From Lama guanicoe (taxonomy: Eukaryota), in assembly GCA_013239625.1 (NCBI GenBank), contig MU053561.1, positions 4,279,992 to 4,343,991 of the forward strand: DNA of 64,000 nt, in the 5' to 3' direction. The notes beneath the pieces were generated by a model. The model made no database searches, was not told the DNA's origin, and saw only the letters and a list, made by a program, of their open reading frames with translations. The position numbers and the translations under genes are program-made. Below, one piece after another: positions 1-12,200 of the stretch (positions within the stretch are counted from its first letter, which is position 1; the number at the start of each line of letters is the position of its first letter).

Positions 1-70
1 AAAATAAGAATAAAAAATTAACTATAAATTTGATGTTATTAGGCTCCTTAATTACAATGATTTCCTGAAA

Positions 71-208
71 TTAAACAAATAGCTTTTCTGCTTCCTTTAG
101 TTTCTGTTTCCTATCCATTTTAGCAATTACAGCCCAACAGTCCTCCTGCATTTTTCTCATAGCTCCAAACTTCAGCGTAGATCCAGGGGTTGTTAGAGAT
201 GAAGGAGT
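71..208 (-). CDS. SYCP1: SYCP1 last coding exon: [45 protein letters not shown]; 3'UTR continues past position 1
   Basis: ttttattcag acceptor after a 98-nt intron (209-306); TAA at 71-73. Confidence 0.96.
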   Translation of the reverse strand, partial: TPSSLTTPGSTLKFGAMRKMQEDCWAVIAKMDRKQKLKEAEKLFV

Positions 209-3200
209 CTGAATAAAAAATAAAATTATAATACGTTTAACTTAAAAAAAAAAGAATTAAATCCAGTTTTTGAAAGTTGCTTTCTGAAATAAAATTTAAA
301 AGCTACCTTTTTTGGTGTTCTGACACAAAGATGAGAAATTGGTGGATTATTTTTCTTGTATCGCTTTTTCAGTGTCTCTTCCTCTGAAACCATGCTCTTA
401 AAGAAAAATATAAAAATATAATTAGGGGCTGCAACCATTAATATTATATTATTAAATTTTTGTCTACATACCACATATGAAGGTGAGGTGGTGGAGGAGG
501 AGGGAGGAAAAAAGAGGAAAGAGATGAAAGGAGAAAGAAGAGAAAAGAAAGAATAAAGACTGAAGAAAGAAGACAATGACAGAATAAATCTTCAATCTGC
601 TAAACAAGGACCTAGATTTTGATTCTATTGACTATATACCTCAAAGGTTATGTGGAATATAAGTTGTGCATGAATAGTATTTTTCTACTGATTTCTATTT
701 TAGTTTCAGGATCTTTATACAACCACTTCCTCGTTTTCCCCAACCTAGTTGTTCAAACACACTTAGGCCTTATAATAAGCATTCATAATCCTATAAAAAT
801 TAGGTCAATCATCAATTTATGAATATTTTCCCAAATAATAATAGCTGATACCTATTTAGTACTTTATGTCAGGCACTATTTTAAGCACTCTGCATATTTT
901 AATTAGTTTTAATCCTTGCAACAATTTCGACATAGGTATACTATTATTATCCCCATTTTAAAGGTGAAGAACTGAGACACACAAACATTAAGTAACTTGC
1001 CCAAGATTACACAGCTAGTAAGAAGTAGAGCCAGGATTCAAATCCAGGTAGGCAAGGTCCAGAATCCATTCTCTTAAATATGCTATATAAATTTAGTCAG
1101 GTAAGCAATCAGTTCACATTATCTTTTCCTGCTCATTAAAGTCATATTTAACAAAAATTTCAGAAGCTTCATGGATGAAAACATTCAAACATTTTCATGG
1201 GTTCTAAGATTTCAGCAGAATCATTAAGTCACAAAGAACTGACTTTTCAGTATGCACCAACTGACCAGCTTAGAAAAGAGAAATTATCTTAAAAATTACG
1301 TTGTAAACTATCATTAAAATTTTACTTAGTGCATGGTAACTGAATGTTCATTAATGACTGATCATATAAAAATAATAAATTAACCTAATTTAAAACAACG
1401 AAAATGTTATCCTTATGACTCTGTAGCATTCATCTTTCATGTGCTTATTGGCCATTTATCTTCTTTGAAGAAATGTCTATTCAAGTCTTCTGCCATTTTT
1501 GAACTGGCTTGGTTTTTGTCGCTGAGTTATGGGAGTTCTTATATATTCTGAATATTAATTTCTTGTGTCAGATATATGTTTTGCAAATATTTTCTCCCAA
1601 TCTTTAACTTGCCTTTTCACTTCCTAGTGTCCTTTGATCCATGAAAGTTCTTAATTTTGATGAAGTCCAATCTATCTATTTTTTGTCTGTATTTTGGTAT
1701 CATCATATCCATGAAGTCCTTGCTATTCAATGTCATGAAGATTTCCCCTATATTTTCTTCTAAGTGTGTCATAGTTTTAGCCCTTAAGTTAAGGTCTTTG
1801 ATCCACTTTGAGTCAATTTTTTTAATACAGCATAAGATAAAAGTCCAAGGATAATAGTCTATAGTCTTCCTCTCTTGTGATGTCTTTATCTGGCTTTGGT
1901 ATCAAAGTAGTGTTAGCTTTATCAAATGAGTTACGAAGTGTTCCCTCTTCAATTTTTTGGAGGAGTCTGAAAATGATTGGTGTTAAGCCTTTAAATGTTT
2001 GGTAGAATACATCAGATCTCACTAGAAAGCCATCTGGTCTGGGACTTTTCTTTGTTGGGAGGTTCCAAATTACTAACTCAAACTCTTGTTAAGGTCTTTT
2101 AAGGTTTCCTGTTTCTTTTTGAGTTGGTTTAGGTATGTGTGTTTCAAGTAATTTTTCCATGTTTATTTATTCTCAGTTATCTAATTTGTTGGCATACAAT
2201 TATTCACAGTATTCTCTTTTTATCTCTGAAAGATTGGTAATAACATCTCCAATTTCATTTCTGATTTTAATAATTTGCGTGTTCTTTTCTTTGTCTAAGC
2301 TAAAGGTTTATCAATTTTGTTGGTCTTTTCAAAGGAACAAATTTTGGTTTCATTGATTTTTCTCTGTTGTTTTCTCTAATTTGTTTATCTCCACTCTAAT
2401 CTATTATTTCCTTATGTCAGCTTTGGGTTTAGTTTGATCTTCTTTTTCTAGTTCCTTAAGGTGTAAATTTAGTATATTGATTTCTTTCTTTCTTTTTCAA
2501 TGTACAATTTACAGCTATACATTTCCCTTTGAGCTATGTTTCTGCTGCTCACATAAGTTTTGTGTATTGTTTTCATTTTTCTTCATTTGTTAGTCAAATT
2601 TCCCTTGTGATTTCTTCTCAGATCCATTTTAGATGGTTAGAAATGTGTTAATTTTCATAAATTTGTGAATTTTCTATTTTTCCTTCTCTTATTAATTTCT
2701 AACTTCATCTTATTATATTCAGAGAAGATTATTTATATGATGCTTAGCTTTTTAAATCTATTAAGACTTGCTTTGGGACCAACATGGTCTACCCTGGAGA
2801 ATGTCTATGTGTACTTAAGAAGGATATGTACTCTGTTGTTGGACTGAGTGTTCTATACATGTCTATTTTGTTACTGTTGTTCCTGTTTCCTTACTTATCT
2901 TCTGTCTAGTTATTTACTCCATTATTAAAGGTGTGGTACTGGAGTGTCCAACTATTAATGTGTAACTATCTATTTCTCTCTTCAATTCTATAAAGCTTTG
3001 CTTCATATATTTTAAGGGTCTGTTATTAGATATGTAAATGATTAAAACTGTCATAACTTCTTGCTTTACTGAAACTTTTATTAATATGTAGTGTCCTTAT
3101 TTGTTCTTGTGATTTTTGATTTAAAGTCTATTTCATCAGAAATTAGTAAAACCACCTCACCTCTTTTTCTGGTTACTATTTGTATGAATATCTTTTTCCA

Positions 3201-6200
3201 TCCTTTCACATTTGGCCAATTTGGATCTAACATGAGTCTCTTTTAGACTACACACACACACACACACACATATACATACACACATATATTTTAGACCATA
3301 TTTAAGCCATTTTAGAGAATCTATTCTGCCAATCTATGTTTGTTTATTAAAGAGTATAATCCATTTACATTTAAACTAATTACTGATAAGAAGAGACTAA
3401 CTTTTGCCTTTTGTAATATTTATTTTCTATATGCTTTATAGGTTTTTTTTTTTCAGTCACTCATTTCCTCCATTACTATCTTTTGTACTTAGATGACTTT
3501 TTTGGTAGTAAAATGTTTTGATCCCCTTCTCATTTCCTTTTGTGTATATTCTGTAAATACTTTTTGTGGTTACCATGGGTATTACATTTGACAACCAAAC
3601 ATTAAATAACCTAATTTAAATTTATACCAACTTCAACAGCCTACACAAATTGCTCTTATACAGCTTCATTCTCCCTCTGCTACTGATGTCAAAAAATTAC
3701 ATCTTTATATATTGTGTGCCCAGTAACATAGACAAATAATATTTATGCATTTGTCTTTTAAATTATGTAGAAAATAAAAAGTGAATTTAGAAGCCAAAAT
3801 TACAATTCCAGCTTTTATAAATTTCCATGTATTTAACTTTATCAGAGATCTTTTATTTCTTCATATGACTTTGAGTTACTGTCTAGCATCCTTTCATTTC
3901 AACCTGAACAACTGCCTTCAGAGCTTCTGGAAGAGAAAGAAGGTCTAGTGACAACTCCCTCAGCTTTTTTAAATCTAGGAATGTCTTAATTTCTCCATTT
4001 CTGAAGAAAAGTCTTGCCTGATATTAAATTTTTAGTTGACAATCTTTTTCTTCCAGCTCTTTGAATATATAAACCTATTGTCTTCTGGCCTCCAAGGTTT
4101 CTGATGAGAAATCAGCTGATAATCTTCTCAAGGGTACCTTGTATGTGATGAGTTGATTCTCTCTTGCTAGTTTCAAGATTCTCTTTGTCTTTCAACAGTT
4201 TGATTGCAATGTTTTGATGTGAGTCTGAGTCCATCCACTCAGAATTCAATGAGCTCCCTAAATTTGTAGATTCATTTATTTCATCAAAATTTGAAAAGTT
4301 TTCAGCCATTTCCTCAAATATTCCTCTCTCTCTCTCCTCCTTCTATATATCAATTCATATATTGACCTTTTGATGATGTCCCACAAGTCTCTGAGGCTCT
4401 ATTCACTTTTCTTCATTCTTTCTGTGTTTATACTCAATAGTTTATTGTCTTATCTTCAAATTTATCAATTATTTCTTCTGCTTACTTATATCTGTTTTTG
4501 AATCCCTCTAATACACTTTTCATTTCAGTTACTGTACTTTCATTTCCAAGATTTCTTCTTTATTCTTTTTATAATTTCTATCTCTTTATTGGTATTCTTA
4601 TTTTATTCATACAATTTTCTGTCTTTGTCTTCCTTTAGCTCTTTGAGTAACTTTAAAACAGTTATTTTAAAGTTTTTGTCTAGAAAGTCCAATACCTGAG
4701 CTTCCATAGGGATATTTTCTATTGATTTGTTTTGTTCCTTTGATAGGCCATACTTGCCTTTCTTTGTATGCCTTGTGATTTTTTGTTGAAAACTACACAT
4801 TTTAATCTTACAACTTGATACATCTGCAATTCAGATTCTTCCTCTTCCCCAGGGTTTGCTACTTATTTATTTAGATTTGTTTTGCTTTTTGTTTTACTTT
4901 TGAAAGTATCTCTGCACCATGGACAAGCCTCTGGTGAAAATTTGAGATCTTTTTGGTTTTTTTGAGAGTGTATCTTTCCCTGGGCATGTGTAGTGGCTTT
5001 CTAAATGCCCCATAAATGTGATTGATTTTGAGTGTTCTAACCCTTAAATGTCTGACTCCCCAAAGAGGAGGAGAAAGAGAGACAGAGAAACAAGTTCAGT
5101 TCATTTAAATCTTCCAGAAGACACTTCAGCCAGTAAGGATCGAAACAATGGCATACAGTATCTGTACCAGTACCTCAGTGATCAGAAGCAGCAATCAGCA
5201 ATCAGAACACTGAACCTCGATCTCTGGAGAACAAGGTCCTTTTTGCTCACCCTGACTCCAATAAGATGCAAGCATGGCTGCCTACAACATGGCTATGTGT
5301 TAGGTGATAGGCATCCATTACTACTTTTAAACCTGAAATTGACCAAACTTAACCATAATTTACTACCCAAGTTTCCCCCTGGAAGTTGCAAGCATTCAAA
5401 TAGTCTCTAGAGTTCCAAAATAAATTACTTCAGATAATTTCTGCCTGTATAATTGTTGTCTAGGTGGAGAAATGGATTCCTGACACTTTCTACTCCACTA
5501 TTTTCTCTAAGGTCATTCTAGACAATACATTTTTAAACTTTACTTTTTATAATAATTTGAATGTTTGCCAAAATTTAAATGCAACAGCTAAGAAAATTAC
5601 AAAAATAACAAATTTCAAGTGATAACTACAACCAATAAAGCCCATTGTGAAATGTCCTGAGACTAGTTTAAATAATTGTGTGCAATTATATAATACTGTA
5701 GTATGTTTATTGTGTTGCAAAGTTGTGATGCTCCTTTTAAAAATGAAGTAAAATTATGAGTCATTCCAAATCTCAGACCAGCTAAGAAATTGGCCTAAAT
5801 TCACACTAGAAAAACAGTATGGATTTCAATCCTGGCATGTCTAATTCCAGAGCTCATGCTCTTTCTACCAATTCTCTTTACATTTTTATATACTTAGACT
5901 TCAGTCTGAACTGGTAGATATTATGTACAATGCCATACATAGGATTTGGAGACAGACTGTCAGTGTTCAAATTTTAGCTGCACGTATTGCTAGCTATATG
6001 ATCCTGGGCAAGGTACTGGTAGGACATAACTGCCTCATCTGTAAAATGAGAGTAACAACCCTGTCTATACTTTTAGAGCATGAGATTATTTTTAAGAAAT
6101 AACTGAAGTAATTTGTGTAAAATCTTTACAACAGTGCCTGATTCACAGTTCTAATCATTAAAATGTTAATCACTACCTATAAAACAAAGAAGTACTAGAG

Positions 6201-9200
6201 TAGTGATTTTCTGTAAGTTAATTTTAGTAATTACAATTTTAAGATTTCAGCTACTCATTATTTCAGAACAAATGAGAGTAAAGGATCCCAAAGCAGTATA
6301 AAACTTGAGGGATCACATAGTTATTAGTCAGAATAACAAAACAAATGACTTTGACTTGAATTTTGTAATTAAGAATCTTTGGTATATTGCTCCATTTCAT
6401 GTAATGAGATTTATTTGTTTTTAAATTAAATGAGTCTAAGTTTAATTATTCATTTTCAATTAATAATAATTATGCCTTTGGAAAATACTGATATGTGTGA
6501 ATATACTCATAGTAGGGAGTAATTGGGGATACAAACTGCTAGGGGAAATATCCTCCTTAAGCATGCCATCTTTAACATATTAACTCTTCAAGAATCATAG
6601 AAACGTTAAGGCTGTCAACCAATACTTTGATACAGATTTCAACCAGTAAGTGTTATAAAATAAAGGAACATGTATAACAACAAAATCAAGAGGGGTCTCA
6701 AAAAACAAATTTGGCTGCAGCAACATTAAAAATATTCATTTGACCTTACTTTAAAAAAAAAAAAAAGAAAAGAACACGCCAATGGAAAACAAGACGGTTA
6801 GTCATCTCATAAGCCAACTATGTTACATCAAGTGTTTCAAAATGTCATGTTTTCTGAAGTTTAGGGAGATTATTTTAATCCTAATTTCTTTAAAATGATG
6901 CAAAAGCATAGAGTTTTGTTATAGTAGGGTCCTATTTTTTTCAGTATTGCAATGATAGGTACTATGCCCATATATTCTGCATATACATCAAGCAATAATG
7001 TAGAAGTAGAATAATGTAAATAAATAATAAATGTGATTATCCATAATAATTTTACCAAAAGATCAGTAGTTTCTGAGCTATCCGAATTAATATCAAAATC
7101 AAAGACTGTTTTTCTCTTTTTGTTACATTCTTCAATGGGTACGTTCTTGTTTTCTCTTTCCCGAATTTTTTGTTTTGTTGGTGTCTTCACAGTATATGCC
7201 TATCAAAAAAGAAAAACAATACATTATTCCATCAAATAAAACATGTTATTAAAGGCAAATTGAGGCTTTAGCGATCAATAACTCTCCATTATTATTGGCA
7301 TGTATATAAAGTAGAAATTTTGGATAAGAATTTAATTCATATGTTTTTGAAGAAAATAGTAGGGGGTTGTGAGGAAGAGGGTGGAGGGCAAGGAAAGAGT
7401 GAGAAAGAGAAAGAGAGAGAGAGGAAGAGAGGATGAGAGAGACTGCCTCCAGCTTCAGCAGTCAACAGTCTTAAGAAAGACCTTAATTTTGCTAACAATG
7501 ATTAAGACCAAAGAACTGAGAGCTTTGCTCTCTCTATAAAAATCCTTACTGATTTATGAGAAAAAAAGTTTGCTTATCTTTTGTTGGTAAGGTAATTGTA
7601 TTGGTGAATGTTTAGTATTCCATATTACCCTGTAATATGTAAATTTTATAATTTTTAAAAATTGTCTTTAAAAAGCTCACTGAAAGGTAGAGTAAGGAGT
7701 TACAAAAATTTGCTTTTTCACAAAGCAACAAAAGTGCTCACAAAAGTGGTCAAAATCAGCTTGTTTAGAACTCTAGAAATTAACAAAAAGCTTGCCACAA
7801 CCTGGAAAATATTTTTAGTTTTTTGTTTTTAAATGGCTGAACCTCTGTAAGAACAGCAACATTAGGGGTATCAACTTTTCCTCATCTCATCCCCTGCTCT
7901 CTAGCTCTGTGTTACCTTTAAAAAGTAACAGCCCACATTCCTGGTCCAGCCTGGTAGCCACTAAAGAGAGCAAAACAGAACTAGAGCTCTTTCAAAGCTT
8001 TATACTCAAAGAGTTGTCATTATTTGACCTGTCTAGTCATTCTCTGGAAGACTTCATTTACAGGGTTGTCTGTATTTAACTCACTCAGAGTGGGAGGGGG
8101 GGAGCTCTCTCCTCAATGTGTGTAGGGTAGGGAATAACATTTGTCAAAAAAAAATTACAGACAAGTATCCTAACTTTGCAGCTCTCTGAGGCAATGACCA
8201 TCAGTTGGGGTGAATGAAAGACTAACCAAAAACCTTAAAAGGACAGCTAAGAAATGAGATGTCCACAGGGACTTTGAGAAGCTTTCATATATTACTGGAA
8301 AAACCGCCACTCTCGTGGATAGGGCTATGAGTAAGCACAGGAAAGACATGAGTAGGTCCTAAGCTCTTATCTTTGGCTCATCTTGAGGGTCTGCAAAAGC
8401 AGAAATTGGAGGCTAAGGCAAAGTTGTCTACTGTCTGGCTGCGTATTGAAAGTGCCTTAACACTAATACTCCTTTGGCAATAACTGGGAGATTTACTGAT
8501 TCAAGCATTTAAGAAAATCTCTACTCAAACAGCTGAACATTAAGCTAACCAAGTAGAGACTTTAATGGCACTCAAAGAATATAAACTTTATAGAATTAGT
8601 TTACAAAAATCACTAATCGAACAATTAAAAACTGATATGCAGGAACAACAAACCTTAAAAAGAGAGGAGAATTTGATTATCCAGAGTTGTCACATTACAT
8701 TATTTTTAATGTTCAGATTTCAAGAAAAAATGATAAGATGTGCAAAGAATAAGAAATTATGACCCATACATGGGTGGGGTGGGGGGCAGTCAATAGAAAC
8801 TATCCCTAAGGAAGCCTAGTTATTAGACTTCTTAGACAAAGACTTTATATCACCTATTTTAAATATGTTCAAAGAACTAAAGAAAACCATATCTAAAAGA
8901 GCTGAAGGCAAGTATAAAGACAATGTCAAACCAAACAGAATATCAACAGAGGGATAGAATTTATTTTTAAAAGAATGAAACAGATATTCTGGAGTTGAAA
9001 AGTACAATAACTAAAAAGAAAAAATCACTAAAGGGGCTCAGTGTCAGATCTGAGAAGGTAGAGGAAAGAATTCATGAACCTGAAGATAGTTCAAATGATA
9101 CTACCCAGTCTGAGTAACAGAAAGATGAAAGAAGAAAAATGAACAGAGCCTCAGAGACTTATAGGACACCACTAACCACACTGACATACGCATAATTGGA

Positions 9201-12200
9201 GTCTCAGAATGACAGTAGAGAGAGAAAGGGCAGAAATAATATTTGAAAAAATAATGGCTGAAAACCTCCCAAATTTGAGGTAAACATTAATCTATCTACA
9301 CATCCAAGAAGCTCAGCAAACTCCAAAGAAGATAAAAATCAAAGAGAACCATACATAGAAACATTATAAGCAAACTGTCAAAAGACAAAGGAGGGAGTTT
9401 GGGTTTTCAAGCCTGTTGCCTGTCCTCTTTGCTTGGCCCTGCAATGAACCTCTCTCTGCTCAAATAAAAAAAAAAAAAAAAGACAAAGAGAAACTTGACA
9501 GCAGCAAGAGACAAGTGACTTATTACATATAAGGATTCTCAATAATATTAACTAGATTTTGCACTAGAAACTAGGCTATCCAAAAAGCATTGACATATCC
9601 AAAGTGCTAAAAGAACTGTTACCAAATAATTCTATATCCAGCAAGACTATCCTTCAAAAATGAAGGAGAAATTAACATATTCCTAGGTAAACAAAAATTT
9701 AGAGAATTGTCACTAGCAGATCTTCCTCACAAATATACTAAAGGGAGTCCTTTGGGCCGAAATGAAAGAAAATGAAATTCAAATTCACATAAAGAAATAA
9801 AGAGCACCAGAAAAGGACACAGCATAGGTAATCATAAAAGATAGTATAAACATATTTTTGTTTGTAACTTTTTGTCCTACCTAATTTAAAACACAGACAT
9901 ATAAAGCAACAATACTGTGTCAATAGGCCTAAATGTATAAATATGATAAAAGTGAAAAAGAGAATGAAGCTATAGTGGGGCAAAGTTTTTACATATCATT
10001 GAAATTACTCTGATATTAATTCAAACTAATCATTTTAAGTTAAGGTGTTAACTATCCTTTCCAGGTTATCATTAAGAAAATAATTCCAGAAGTATAGTTT
10101 TTAAAAAAAAGAGGATTAAAATGGTATACTAGAAAATAACTATTTAATACAAGGTAAGACAGTAATGGAAAGACACAGGAACAAAAAGACATAAGACGTA
10201 TAGAAAATAAAGAACAAAATGGTGGACTTAGTTCTACCTTATTAGTAATTACATTAAATGTAAGTCAATTAAACATTCCAGTAAAAATGCAGAGATTGTC
10301 AGAATGAATGATGGAAAAAGCAGGATCCAACTATGTGCTGTCCACAAAAGACAATTTAGATTCAATAACAGGAGTAGGTTGGAAGTAGATGGGTGATACA
10401 TCATACAAATAATAAACAAAAGAAAGCTGGGCTGGCTATCTTAATATCAGATGAAACAGACATAAAAAAGATTACCAGAGACAAAAAAACATTCTACAAA
10501 GGTAGAAGGGTCAGCCTATCAAGAAAGGATAACTGGTACAAGTATATGTGCAGCTAACAATATAGCTCTCAAATACATGAATCAAAAGCTGAGAAACGGG
10601 TAGGAAGGGATAAATTGGGAGTTCTAGATTTGCAGATACTAATATACATAAAATAGATAAACAACAAGTTTATACTGTATAGTACAGGGAACTATATTCA
10701 ATATCTTGTAGTAACCTATGGTAAAAAAGAGTATGAAAATGAATATATGTATGTTCCTATATGACTTAAGTAATTGTGCTGTACACCAGAAATTGACACA
10801 ACATTGTAAACTGACTATACTTCAATAAAAAAGAAAAAGAATAAAATTTTTTAAAAACTGAGAAAAACGGATAATTAAACAATAATAGTAAGTAGTCTCC
10901 CACATCCCACTTTCAATAATGAAAAGAACAACTACACATAAGATCAGCAAGGAAATATATACTTGAATAACACTATAAACTAGCTAGATGGATACTTAGG
11001 AAATTCACAAATATGGCAATATAATGCACATAACTTTATTTTTCAAAAATAAATAAGTCTCAAGGGAAATTAGAAAGTACTTTGAGAAGAATGAAAAGGA
11101 AAATACAACATACTTATAAGATACAGTGAAACCAGTGTTCAGAGAAAATTTTATAGCTATAAATGCCTATATTCAAAATTAAGATTAAGACATGATGATT
11201 AAATACAATGTGGTACCTCGGGTTGGATCCTGGAAGAGAAAGAGGACATTAATGAAATAACTGAAATCCAAATAAAGTCTGAAGTTTAGTTAAGAGAACG
11301 TATGATTCTTCGTTTTGACAAATGTAAACAGTAATATAAGATAATAATGGAGAAAACTGGGCAAGGAATACAAAAGAATTCTCTGTACTACCTTTGTAAC
11401 TTTTCAATAAATCTAAAATTAATTGCAAAATAAAATAAGTTCATCTGAAACAAAAAAGTAAGGTTACCACACCTGAATGGCTAAAATCAAAAAGATGAAA
11501 ATTACCATTTGGTGGCAAGAATGTGCAGCAATCAGGACTCTCATTCACTGACAGCCAGAATGTAAACTAGTATAATATTTAACAACAAAAAAACCATGAT
11601 TGGTAGTGTGATACAATACGAAATACATGTTTGTTATTTGCCTTTGGTTTCTGACATAGAACTTTTAAAACCGTTGTAACTTCTTGAGTGACAGGGTTGA
11701 CAGGATGCATCTTTTGGTATAACATTTGGTCTTTGTCCCCAGTGATATGATAGAATAATCTTTTGTAAACCATAACGAGCTCCTTTCAACTGTACCTGTG
11801 TTTATGCTAATGAACTAACTGGTGGTAGGTGGTGCCTAAGCAGCTTCAAGATGACGTCTGGTTGCCAGAAAGATCAAGGCATGATTAAAAGTTTGGAACC
11901 TTTCAGCCTCACCCCCTGTACTCCTGGAGAAAAGAGGGGTTAAAGGTTGAGTTAATCATCAGTGGCTGATGATTTAACCAATCATGCCAAGTAATGAAAC
12001 CTCCATAAAAACCCCTAAACAATGAGGGTCTGAGAGCTTCCAGCTTGGTGGACACATGGAGATGTTGGGAGGGATGGCACTCCCAGAGAGGACATGGAAG
12101 CTCTGTGCCCCTTCCCCCATACCTTGCACCATATGCATTTTTTACATTTGGCTGTTCCTGAATTGTAAGATTTATAAACTGGTAATAGCAAGTAAAGTAA

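Larger units (their letters stand above)
7680..11180 (+). mobile_element. Old L1 5' part (5' region, ORF1, inter-ORF, endonuclease), degraded, with nested insertions
   Basis: ORF1-like ataattggagtctcagaa and gcagcaagag; endonuclease-like aggatccaactatgtgctgtc and aatatcagatgaaacagac. Confidence 0.8.

Noticed and set aside
226..576. 116-aa ORF as a standalone gene
   Set aside because: Only 307-396 is a SYCP1 exon; the rest is intron read-through of a low-complexity tract
5048..5410. 120-aa ORF with a basic N-terminus
   Set aside because: Lies antisense within an old L1 5' region; no recognisable homology or gene structure
6870..7190. 106-aa ORF with a hydrophobic tail (membrane isoform)
   Set aside because: It is a SYCP1 exon running past its donor into AT-rich intron; there is no evidence of retention
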